The position numbers and the translations under genes were made by a program. From Saprospiraceae bacterium (GTDB lineage Bacteria; Bacteroidota; Bacteroidia; Chitinophagales; Saprospiraceae): a stretch of DNA of 64,000 nt. Each line of letters starts with the position of its first letter. Position 1 is the first letter of the stretch. The notes beneath the pieces are model-generated. The model was not told where the DNA came from. It saw only the letters and a list, made by a program, of their open reading frames with translations, and did not search any database. The DNA is taken from NCBI GenBank assembly GCA_020846655.1, contig JADLDL010000255.1, forward strand, positions 654 through 64,653, in the 5' to 3' direction. Shown in pieces: positions 39,187-48,189 of this stretch.

Positions 39187-41526
39187 ATGCGAAAAATTAT
39201 TGGCGGAACCCTGTTGTTCTGGCTGGCACACACCGGGTTATTGGCCCAACCCATTCCTTGCGGCACCAATCCGGGTATGACCTCGTTTTGTGATGAAGCC
39301 TGTATTATTTGCGATATCAACGGTTTTACCGGTATCAACGACGACCCCGAAACCGGCCAGGTGCCACCTGGCTTTTGCACCTCAACGGCCCACCACATGC
39401 AGTGGATTGGTTTTATCGCCGGGAGTACCAACCTTACCCTCAACGTAAAAGTATTCGGTTGCCAAACCGGTTTTGGCCTTGAAATCGGTATTTACCAAAG
39501 CCTGGATTGCGAAAACTTCCAATTGGTGTCCAACTGCGACGGCGACGTGCTGAACAACGAAACCGGCGTTTTTTACAATACCGTCCCCCTTACCATCGGT
39601 CAATATTATTATTTCGTGATGGATGGCAACCACGATGATGTTTGCCAATATACTGTAACGGTCGTGAACGGCACCACTGCGGTCAATGCATTGCCCAATT
39701 CCGGTGTGTTGAGTGGCGATTTCAGCGTCTGCCCCGACCGCAGCGAGCAATACACGCTTGCAGCGCCGCCCGGCGCTACCTGGGTTTCCTGGTCGCTCGA
39801 CGGCCAGCCGGTGTCTTCCGGCGTCGATACCAGTTTGACGCTGGACTGGACGACACCCGGCCTGCACCAACTCTGCGCGACGGCATCCAATGTGTGCGAT
39901 ACCGCGCCGCCGGCTTGCCAAATCGTGCAGGTGCTACCCGTGCCCGTCACCTCGATCCAAACGGAACTTTGTGCCGGCGAATGCTGGCAAGGCGCCGATA
40001 CAACACTTTGTACCCCAGGCTTTTATACTTTTCACCTCGCCGGGCAGGAAAACTGCGACAGTATCGTGAACGTCGAGATCAAAATACTGCCCAGCAGCCA
40101 GACCGACCTTGACCTGATGATTTGCAAAGGCGATACGATCCGAATCGGCAACGTCCCGTATGCTGACACCGGGCAATTTCAGGAAACCCTGAGCAACCAG
40201 TTTGGCTGCGACAGTACGGTCAACCTAGACCTCCAGGTCATTGTTTGTGAAATAAAAGGCCTGCTCACACCGGAGGCCGTGGATTGCAATGGCAAACCCA
40301 CCGGCGCGCTTCGGTTTCTGGTCAACGACGGCACCCCACCCTTCTCGTATGCCTGGGAACGCCTGGGCGATGCGCAAACAAAAGGCGCCGGTAGCCTGGG
40401 CGCGGTGAACAGCGAATTGCTGTTGTCCAATTTGCCGAAAGGCACGTATTTCGTTACGATTACAGACAATTTCGGCCACCATCTGGTCCTCTTTGGCGAT
40501 ATCAAAGAACCGCTGCAGCTGGATCTCGGCTTTTCGGTAGCCGATCACCACGGCTTTTCGGTGTCCTGCGCAGGCGGCCAGGATGGGCAGATCAGCACGC
40601 AGGCCAGCGGCGGCAAAAGTCCGTACACCTACTTGTGGAGCAACGGCGCCACGACGGCGGGCCTCAACAGTTTAAGTGTCGGCGCATATACCTGCACCCT
40701 CACGGATGTCAACGGTTGTTCGGCAATGTTTTCCACCAGCCTGAACGAGCCTCCTGCGCTGGTCTTTGCCGCAACATTTCAGCAGCCGGGTTGCGCCGGG
40801 CTCAGCAGCGGCGGCGCTTCGGTGACGAGCACCAGCGGCGGCGTGCCCCCCTATATCTTTGATTTGTCGGGAAATGGATTTTCTCCCACTACTTCCTTTT
40901 CCAATTTGCTGTACGGCAACTATACCCTCAGCACCCGCGATGCCAACGGCTGCCAACTCGACACGTCCGCCACGCTGCTCAAGCCCTTGATCCCGGAAAT
41001 TGTATTGAGCCCCGATGTGACCGTTGAACTGGGGGAAAGCACGCCGCTGTATTTGTTGTCCAATGTGCCCCTGGATTCGATCCTGTGGCAGCCGGCCCTG
41101 GGTTTGTCCTGTACCAATTGCCCCAAACCGGAGGCAAGGCCCTACCACACCACCACCTACACGGCCACTGTGTTTTCGGCCGTCAATGGCTGCAGGGAAG
41201 TGGATAGCCTGACGGTGTTCGTGCTCGACCGGCGCGACGTGTACATTCCCAACTCGTTCAGCCCCAACGACGACGGCCAAAATGAACATTTCCTGGTCTT
41301 TGGTGGCCCCGAAGTGCGGCAGGTGGCGGTGTTGCAGGTTTGGTCGCGCTGGGGCGAGCTGGTCTTTGAAACCAACAACCAGCCGGCCAACCAGGAAAGT
41401 ATGGGCTGGGATGGCCGTTTTGACGGCAAGGAATTGCCGCCGGGTGTGTTTACCTGGCGGGCTGTCGTCGAATTTGTCGACGGCCTGCGCCAAACCTATA
41501 CCGGCGATGTTACCATCGTGCGCTAG
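39187..41526 (+). CDS. T9SS type-B cargo: Cys-rich N-terminal module, SprB-type repeats, gliding-motility C-terminal domain
   Basis: ORF 39157..41526, with the start at MRKIIGGTLLFWLAHTGLLAQ (ATG at 39187). It has SprB-like units (VDCNGKPTGALRFLVNDGTPPFSYAW..., VSCAGGQDGQISTQASGGKSPYTYLW...). The C-terminal domain reads VYIPNSFSPNDDGQNEHF...WSRWGELVF...GWDGRFDG. Confidence 0.85.
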   Translation: MRKIIGGTLLFWLAHTGLLAQPIPCGTNPGMTSFCDEACIICDINGFTGINDDPETGQVPPGFCTSTAHHMQWIGFIAGSTNLTLNVKVFGCQTGFGLEIGIYQSLDCENFQLVSNCDGDVLNNETGVFYNTVPLTIGQYYYFVMDGNHDDVCQYTVTVVNGTTAVNALPNSGVLSGDFSVCPDRSEQYTLAAPPGATWVSWSLDGQPVSSGVDTSLTLDWTTPGLHQLCATASNVCDTAPPACQIVQVLPVPVTSIQTELCAGECWQGADTTLCTPGFYTFHLAGQENCDSIVNVEIKILPSSQTDLDLMICKGDTIRIGNVPYADTGQFQETLSNQFGCDSTVNLDLQVIVCEIKGLLTPEAVDCNGKPTGALRFLVNDGTPPFSYAWERLGDAQTKGAGSLGAVNSELLLSNLPKGTYFVTITDNFGHHLVLFGDIKEPLQLDLGFSVADHHGFSVSCAGGQDGQISTQASGGKSPYTYLWSNGATTAGLNSLSVGAYTCTLTDVNGCSAMFSTSLNEPPALVFAATFQQPGCAGLSSGGASVTSTSGGVPPYIFDLSGNGFSPTTSFSNLLYGNYTLSTRDANGCQLDTSATLLKPLIPEIVLSPDVTVELGESTPLYLLSNVPLDSILWQPALGLSCTNCPKPEARPYHTTTYTATVFSAVNGCREVDSLTVFVLDRRDVYIPNSFSPNDDGQNEHFLVFGGPEVRQVAVLQVWSRWGELVFETNNQPANQESMGWDGRFDGKELPPGVFTWRAVVEFVDGLRQTYTGDVTIVR

Positions 41527-41577
41527 GCACATGGTTTCTAGTAAATTAATCTATCCAACCATCTAACAATCAAGCAT

Positions 41578-43875
41578 ATGCAAGCGTTTTCATCTGTATC
41601 TATCCGGATCATCCTGCTCGTATTGGCAATCGTATTCATAGCTGGTCGTGGCTTCAGCCAGTCGGAATTTTACGACATTTCCACCATTCAGGACATCAAA
41701 CTGACCTTTTTCCAAAGCAACTGGGATGCCAAACTAGATTCGCTGAAAGCCGCCAACGAGGAAGCGTATTTACTGGCCAAATCGGTGGAAATCAACGGCG
41801 AGCGCTTTGACAGTATTGGTGTGAAATACAAAGGAAACAGTTCCTACAAGGCCACCAATGCAAAAAATCCGATGCACATCGAATTGGACTACATCCGACC
41901 GGACCAAAATTACAAAGGCCTGAAAGACATTAAACTAGGTAACGGTTTTTCGGACCCCACCTTTGTGCGGGAGGCGCTTTCCTACGAGATTTTGCGGCAA
42001 TACATGGATGCGCCGCTGGCCAATTTTGCCAAACTCACGATCAATGGACAGGCTTGGGGCTTGTATAGCAACCAGCAAAGCATCAACAAATCTTTTATCC
42101 GCGACCATTTTATCACCGACGGCAATAACCCTTTTTTCAAAGGCAACCCGCAAACCATCGGCGGGCCTCCGGGCAGCAGCGGTTTGCCGGATCTGGTATA
42201 TAGCAGCACCGACAGTTCGGCGTATTATACCCGCTATGAGATGAAATCGGACTACGGCTGGCGCGAACTGCTGGCCCTCATGGACACCCTGAAAAACCAC
42301 CCCGGCAGCATCGACAAAATCCTGGATATTGACCGGGCACTTTGGATGCTGGCCTTCAATGTCGTGTTGGTCAACCTGGATAGTTACACCGGTGGTTTTG
42401 CCCAAAATTACTACCTGTACTACGATGAAAACGAGCGCTTTATCCCCATTGTTTGGGACCTGAATATGAGTTTCGGCAATTTTCCCAACCTGAGCAGCGG
42501 CATGGGTAGCGGCAGCCTCAGCCTAACGCAGATGCAAAACCTGGACCCGCTGACGCAGTCTACCAATGCCAGCCGGCCCCTGATTAAAGTCCTGCTCTCC
42601 AACGCCACCTACAAGCGCATGTATCTGGCGCATATCCGGACCATGTTGAAGGAGAATTTTGCCGACGACCACTACCGCACGCGCGCCCTGGCTATGCAGG
42701 CAATCATCGATGCGGAGGTGCAGGCCGACACCAAAAAATTTTACACCTATGCCCAATTTCTCTCAAACGTCGACCAAACCACTGCCGGCTTCTTTTTGTC
42801 GCCCGGTTTGACGGCGCTCATGGATGCGCGGCACGACTACCTGGTCGCCAATGCCAACCTGAGCCCCGCCCCTCCTGTGCTGGCCAATCCGCTGTGGTCA
42901 CCCGCCGTTCCCATTTCAAGCGCCAGCGTTTGGGTTACGGCCAGCGTTCAAAACGCGAGTACCGTTTGGGTTGGCGTCCGGGAAAACACCGGAGATATTT
43001 TTATCCGCCACCAGCTCTTCGACGACGGGCAGCACCAGGACGGCGCAGCCGGCGATGGCACATACGGTGCGGCCCTGACCGCCGGAAAAGCCAAACTGCA
43101 ATACTACCTGTATGCTGAAAACACCCAGGCTGGAGCATTTTTGCCGGAACGTGCTGAATTTGAATACTTTACTTTAGCCTCCTCAATTCCGCTACCCCAA
43201 GTAGGCGCGTTGGTACTGAATGAATTTTTAGCCGACAATGAAAATGGCATGGCCGATGAAAACGCTGAATTGGAAGACTGGGTTGAATTGTACAACCGCA
43301 GCAATCAGGCCCTGCCCTTGTTCGGCTTGTACCTGAGCGACGACCCGAACAACGCCGACAAATGGGCCTTTCCGGAGAGCGCCGTGTTGCCTGCCGGTGG
43401 TTTTTTGGTGGTCTGGCTGGACGAAGACGGCGACCAGGGCGCGTTGCACGCCAATTTTAAACTCAGCAAATCCGGCGAGTTCCTGATGCTGTCCGACGGC
43501 ATTTCGCAGGTGTACGACAGCCTGAGTTTCGGCACGCAGCAATCGGACATATCCTTCGGCCGCTACCCCAATGGCACCGGCCCCTTCCAGGCCATGCCCG
43601 TTACGTTCGATACCTACAACACCACGACGGGTACTTCCAGCGCCGGCACGAGCGGTAGCGGTATCCGGCTGAGCCCGAACCCTGCGAGCCAGTCGGTACG
43701 GATCGATTCGCCAATTGAAATCGGCCGGGTACAACTTTTCAATGCCTTGGGCGCTTTGTGCGGGGAGCAGGAAGTGGAAGGCACAAGTGGTTTCTTTTCC
43801 GTTGCCAGCCTGCCGCCTGGCATGTATTGGGTAAAAGCAGGCATACAAGAGGCCCGGAAATTGATCGTGCGATAG
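41578..43875 (+). CDS. CotH-family protein with lamin-tail domain and T9SS type-A C-terminal domain
   Basis: 765 aa with a signal peptide.
- CotH-like region: VKYKGNSS..., DIKLGNGFSDPTFVREALSYEILRQYM, NYYLYYDENERFIPIVWDLN.
- Lamin-tail domain, about 43200-43560: LVLNEFLADN...EDWVELYN...LYLSDD...LPAGGFLVVWLDEDG.
- C-terminal domain: RLSPNPASQSVRI...LPPGMYWV. Confidence 0.8.
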   Translation: MQAFSSVSIRIILLVLAIVFIAGRGFSQSEFYDISTIQDIKLTFFQSNWDAKLDSLKAANEEAYLLAKSVEINGERFDSIGVKYKGNSSYKATNAKNPMHIELDYIRPDQNYKGLKDIKLGNGFSDPTFVREALSYEILRQYMDAPLANFAKLTINGQAWGLYSNQQSINKSFIRDHFITDGNNPFFKGNPQTIGGPPGSSGLPDLVYSSTDSSAYYTRYEMKSDYGWRELLALMDTLKNHPGSIDKILDIDRALWMLAFNVVLVNLDSYTGGFAQNYYLYYDENERFIPIVWDLNMSFGNFPNLSSGMGSGSLSLTQMQNLDPLTQSTNASRPLIKVLLSNATYKRMYLAHIRTMLKENFADDHYRTRALAMQAIIDAEVQADTKKFYTYAQFLSNVDQTTAGFFLSPGLTALMDARHDYLVANANLSPAPPVLANPLWSPAVPISSASVWVTASVQNASTVWVGVRENTGDIFIRHQLFDDGQHQDGAAGDGTYGAALTAGKAKLQYYLYAENTQAGAFLPERAEFEYFTLASSIPLPQVGALVLNEFLADNENGMADENAELEDWVELYNRSNQALPLFGLYLSDDPNNADKWAFPESAVLPAGGFLVVWLDEDGDQGALHANFKLSKSGEFLMLSDGISQVYDSLSFGTQQSDISFGRYPNGTGPFQAMPVTFDTYNTTTGTSSAGTSGSGIRLSPNPASQSVRIDSPIEIGRVQLFNALGALCGEQEVEGTSGFFSVASLPPGMYWVKAGIQEARKLIVR

Positions 43876-43891
43876 CCCTGCTGGCGCTGGG

Positions 43892-44608
43892 TTAGGAGTG
43901 GCGCTGCCAGTAAATATAGATAACAACGACCAGGGTAACCAGTATTTGATTGAACAGAAGAATCAGGATGGTTTTCAGGATGGTCAGCCACTTGGGCCCG
44001 CCGAAAAACTGAATTTTAGCCCAGGCCAGGTAGGCTATCCAGGCGCCGAGGTAGAGCATCAGCACGGTATAATAATAGCGACTGGCCAGCAGGACCAGCG
44101 GTGTAAAAATGAGTACGAAAAACACCGTGCGAAAACCGCCCAAAAAGGCGTGAAAAGCCAGATTTTCGGCATAATTGAAGCCTTTTTTGCGAAACAGCCA
44201 CCAGGAAAACAGGGCAGATACCGGCACGCTGAATAAGATAATCAGGTTAAAATAGCGCATGGCGAACTCCGTTCCGGGGTTCGCCTGCCCGGGCATCCGT
44301 TCCAACAGGTGAAAATATTCATTGAGAAAAACAGAGACAGCAGCCGACAGCGTCAAGTAGTTCAGAGGGCTGTAATATTTTTTTCGCTTGCCTTCCACAT
44401 ATTCCTTCGCCACCAGGCCCGGCCGAAAGATCATCTCCTTCGTCAGGTGGAAGATGCCTGCGTCGGCGTGCAGGAATTTTTTGAGTAGATCTTTGCGTAC
44501 CTGCCGCAGGCTAAGGCGCTTCGTTTTGGTCGATTGACCACAGCCGGCACAAAATTTCTCCCCTTTTTCCAGGGCTGCCGAGCAGTTCAAACAAACTTTG
44601 GTTGCCAT
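43892..44608 (-). CDS. DUF3667-like membrane protein with N-terminal zinc ribbon
   Basis: 238 aa. CLNCSAALEKGEKFCAGCGQ is followed by the FRPGLVAKEYVEGKRKKYYSPLNYL block and TM helices. Confidence 0.7.
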   Translation of the reverse strand: MATKVCLNCSAALEKGEKFCAGCGQSTKTKRLSLRQVRKDLLKKFLHADAGIFHLTKEMIFRPGLVAKEYVEGKRKKYYSPLNYLTLSAAVSVFLNEYFHLLERMPGQANPGTEFAMRYFNLIILFSVPVSALFSWWLFRKKGFNYAENLAFHAFLGGFRTVFFVLIFTPLVLLASRYYYTVLMLYLGAWIAYLAWAKIQFFGGPKWLTILKTILILLFNQILVTLVVVIYIYWQRHS

Positions 44609-44733
44609 CAGAAAAGACTTGGTTACTGTAAAAGTACAATGTAGTTCAAGTGCCGGGACAAATTGGTTTTGAGAGGTTTTTAGCCACAGGAAGACCTATA
44701 TTTGCCCAAATTTCATGTCACTTGAAGAAAAAA

Positions 44734-47700
44734 ATGACCAGACCGCTCGTTTTTGTGTTGTTAACCCTTGGATGCTGGACGGCCTGCCAAAACAAGCACA
44801 ACGCTACCTCCAATGCTGAAACCGCTGCAGGGCATGCCCCGCTTTTCACCCTGCTGCCTTCCTCCGAAACCGGGATTACGTTTCGCAACGATCTGCAATA
44901 CGACCACGACTTCAATATTTACCGCTACCGCAATTTTTACAACGGTGGCGGCGTCGCCGTGGGCGATATCAATAACGACGGGCTGCCCGATGTTTTTTTT
45001 ACGGCCAACATGGGCCAAAACAAACTTTACCTCAATAAAGGTAACCTGAAGTTTGAAGATATCAGTCAACAAGCCGGTATCGAAGGCTCGGGCTCCTGGG
45101 CAACCGGGGCGGCAATGGCCGATGTGAACGGCGACGGCTGGCTGGATATTTATGTGTGCAATTCCGGCAACCCGCGTTCAGACGAAAAAGGGGACCGGCA
45201 CTTCAACCGCGAAAATGAATTGTTTATCAACAACGGCGCAGCCGGACAGGCCTGGGCCGGCGCCTTCACCGAAAGCGCTGGTGAATATGGACTGGCCGAC
45301 CGCGGCTTGAGCACCCATGCGGCGTTTTTTGACTACGACCGCGACGGCGACCTGGACATGTACATGCTCAACAACTCTTTTCAACCCATTGGCTCCTTCG
45401 ACCTTCGGCGCAATTTGCGCTATACCCGCGATAGCCTGGGTGGGCATAAATTGTATAAAAACAACATGCCCGGCCTCAGCAAGGCTACCCAGCCGGCGGG
45501 CCCAGCACCGCGCTTTCAGGATGTGTCGACCCAGGCCGGTATCCTGGGCAGTGTCATCGCATTTGGCCTGGGCGTTACCGTAGGCGACCTCGATATGGAC
45601 GGCTGGCAGGACGTGTATGTGTCCAATGATTTTTTTGAGCGCGACTATTTGTACCACAACAAGGGCGATGGCAGTTTCGCCGAGCAGTTGGAACAAAACA
45701 TGCGCCATATCAGCGCCGCTTCGATGGGGGCCGACATGGCAGACATCAACAACGACGGTTACCCGGATGTTTTTGTGACGGATATGCTGCCCGAACACGA
45801 CTACCGGATCAAAACCACCACCTCCTTCGATAGCCCCGACCGGTTTCTATACACCACCGCACAAGGATATTATAATCAGTTCACCCGCAACATGTTGCAC
45901 CTCAACAATACGGACGGCACCTTCTCTGAAATCGCTTGCCTGGCCGATGCAGAAGCCACTGACTGGAGTTGGGGCGCACTCCTGTTTGACATGGACAACG
46001 ACGGCTGGAAAGACATCTTTGTGGCCAATGGTATTGCGCAGGACCTGACCAACCAAGACTACCTCATGTTTGCCTCCGATCCTTTTGTCAAACAAGAAAT
46101 TGTAGCGGGCGGCCAGGTGAATTTCAAACGCCTGATCGACTCCATTCCCAGTGAAAAACAGGCCAATTACGCGTTCCGGAATTTACACAACCTGCACTTT
46201 GAACAACGGACAAAAGACTGGGGCTTGTCGACGCCCAGTTTTTCCAACGGCTCTGCCTATGCCGACCTGGACAACGACGGCGACCTGGACCTCGTCGTCA
46301 GCAACGTCAACATGGAAGCCTTTGTGTACCGCAACGAAGCGGAAAAGGTGTTGAAAAACAACCATTATTTGAAAGTTGAATTGCAAGGGGCCGATTGGAA
46401 TACAGCGGCCCTGGGCGCAAAAATATTCCTCCGGGCCGGCGGCCAAACGTTTTTCCAGGAGCAAATGCCAATGCGCGGGTTCCAGAGTTCGATGGACCCC
46501 CGGCCCAATTTCGGTTTGGGCGAGATCGCCACCGTCGATACCGTTCTTGTGGTGTGGCCTACTGGCAACAAAATTACCCTGCTGACCGGTGTAAAAGCCA
46601 ACCAAACCCTGAAATTGCGGCAAACCGATGCCAATCAAGCGTCTTTTGCCCTGCCCTGGCTGGCGCCGGCTGCCAGCAAAACCCGGTTTAGTCCCCTGGC
46701 GGGCAACGCCGACGTGCAATGGAAACACGAGGAAAGCAACTTTTATGACTGGGACCGCGACCGCCTGCTCTTTTTCCGCTATTCGACAGAAGGGCCACGG
46801 ACCGCCACGGGCGATGCCAATGACGACGGCCGGGACGACTTTTTTGTGTGCGGCGCGGCCGGTCAGGCGGGCGCTTTGTGGCTGCAAAAACCCGACGGGA
46901 AATTTCAGCGCAGCCGCCAGCCCGCCCTCGACCTGGATGCCCAGTGCGAAGACGTGGATGCGACGTTTTTTGATGCCGACGGCGACCAGGACCTCGACTT
47001 GTACGTCGCGTCCGGCAGCAATGAATTTCAGCCGCTCAGCCCTGAACTGGGCGACCGGCTGTACCTCAACGATGGGAAAGGCAATTTGCTGCGCAAAACA
47101 GGGGCCGTACCCGATGAAAAACCCTTTGCTTCCGCCTGTGTGAAACCGGCGGACTGGGACGGCGATGGCGACCAGGATTTGTTTGTGGGCATGCGGCTCC
47201 TGCCCGGGAAAGTGGGCGTGCCCGTGGGTGGTTATCTCCTGCAAAACGACGGAACCGGTAGTTTTTCCATGACCCAGCCGGAGGAACTCAAAAACCTGGG
47301 TTTGCTGACGGATGCCGTTTGGGTGGATATCGATGCCGACCAGGACCTGGACCTGCTGGTGGTCGGCGAATGGATGGCGCCCTGTTTGTTCCGCAACGAT
47401 GTGGGCGAGCAAGGACGGAAGTTTACGAACATCAGCGCAATGGCCGGCCTGGCGGAGCTGAGTGGGTTGTGGAAGCGGATTGGCACTGGCGATTTTAACG
47501 GCGATGGCCGGCCGGATTTCTTGCTGGGTAATTTTGGCTTAAATTCCAGGTTAAAAGCTACAGCGGAAGAGCCTCTTTCCTTATTTTTCAACGATTTTGA
47601 CAAAAATGGAACGCCCGAGCAAATTCTTTGCCGGTATACCGACGGCAAATTATTGCCGTATACACTTCGCAATGACTTAGTTGGCAATTTGCCTATCCTT

Positions 47701-48186
47701 AAAAAACAGTTTTTACATTACCGGGACTACGCCAATAAAACGATGCCTGAAATTTTCAATCAGGATCAAATGAAAAATACCATCCACCTGCAAGCCGGCA
47801 CCCTGGCGAGTGGCGTGTTGCTCAGCCAGCCCGACGGCAAATACCGGTTTGAGCCCTTGCCTTCCGAAGCGCAATTTGCACCGCTGTTCGGCATGGCCGT
47901 GGCGGACATCGACGGCGACGGCCGCCTGGATGCCATCACGGGAGGCAACTTCAATGGCGCTAAACCAGAGTTTGGTTTTATTGACGCCGATTATGGTTTG
48001 GTGCTGAAAGGCGATGGTCAGGGGCATTTCAAGGTGTTGCGTTCGCCGGCCACCGGCCTTCGGCTCGAAGGTGAAATCCGGGATCTGCGCTTGCTGAATG
48101 TTAAAGGACAATTGAGCCTGCTCGTGGCCCTAAACAATGACGCGATTGAGTTTTATTCCATAAATAACGCTTCGCTCAACAACTAG
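44734..48186 (+). CDS. CRTAC1-family lipoprotein (FG-GAP/VCBS repeats plus ASPIC/UnbV domain)
   Basis: ORF 44650..48186, with the start at MTRPLVFVLLTLGCWTAC (ATG at 44734). It has many Ca-binding-like FG-GAP loops (DINNDGLPDVF, DVNGDGWLDIYV, DYDRDGDLDMYM, DLDNDGDLDLVV...). The UnbV/ASPIC block reads GAKIFLRAGGQTFFQEQMPMRGFQSSMDPRPNFGLG. Confidence 0.85.
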   Translation: MTRPLVFVLLTLGCWTACQNKHNATSNAETAAGHAPLFTLLPSSETGITFRNDLQYDHDFNIYRYRNFYNGGGVAVGDINNDGLPDVFFTANMGQNKLYLNKGNLKFEDISQQAGIEGSGSWATGAAMADVNGDGWLDIYVCNSGNPRSDEKGDRHFNRENELFINNGAAGQAWAGAFTESAGEYGLADRGLSTHAAFFDYDRDGDLDMYMLNNSFQPIGSFDLRRNLRYTRDSLGGHKLYKNNMPGLSKATQPAGPAPRFQDVSTQAGILGSVIAFGLGVTVGDLDMDGWQDVYVSNDFFERDYLYHNKGDGSFAEQLEQNMRHISAASMGADMADINNDGYPDVFVTDMLPEHDYRIKTTTSFDSPDRFLYTTAQGYYNQFTRNMLHLNNTDGTFSEIACLADAEATDWSWGALLFDMDNDGWKDIFVANGIAQDLTNQDYLMFASDPFVKQEIVAGGQVNFKRLIDSIPSEKQANYAFRNLHNLHFEQRTKDWGLSTPSFSNGSAYADLDNDGDLDLVVSNVNMEAFVYRNEAEKVLKNNHYLKVELQGADWNTAALGAKIFLRAGGQTFFQEQMPMRGFQSSMDPRPNFGLGEIATVDTVLVVWPTGNKITLLTGVKANQTLKLRQTDANQASFALPWLAPAASKTRFSPLAGNADVQWKHEESNFYDWDRDRLLFFRYSTEGPRTATGDANDDGRDDFFVCGAAGQAGALWLQKPDGKFQRSRQPALDLDAQCEDVDATFFDADGDQDLDLYVASGSNEFQPLSPELGDRLYLNDGKGNLLRKTGAVPDEKPFASACVKPADWDGDGDQDLFVGMRLLPGKVGVPVGGYLLQNDGTGSFSMTQPEELKNLGLLTDAVWVDIDADQDLDLLVVGEWMAPCLFRNDVGEQGRKFTNISAMAGLAELSGLWKRIGTGDFNGDGRPDFLLGNFGLNSRLKATAEEPLSLFFNDFDKNGTPEQILCRYTDGKLLPYTLRNDLVGNLPILKKQFLHYRDYANKTMPEIFNQDQMKNTIHLQAGTLASGVLLSQPDGKYRFEPLPSEAQFAPLFGMAVADIDGDGRLDAITGGNFNGAKPEFGFIDADYGLVLKGDGQGHFKVLRSPATGLRLEGEIRDLRLLNVKGQLSLLVALNNDAIEFYSINNASLNN

Positions 48187-48189
48187 ATC

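Noticed and set aside
46183-47412. Long minus-strand ORFs: 409 aa here, and also 49540-50910 (456 aa), 40672-41532, 43228-43926, 48568-49317 and 45178-45798.
   Set aside because: All lie antisense to large + strand genes with strong domain signatures (FG-GAP/UnbV, PAP2/MopE repeats, C-terminal sorting domains). Their translations are repetitive, with V/G/A/H-rich composition and no family features.
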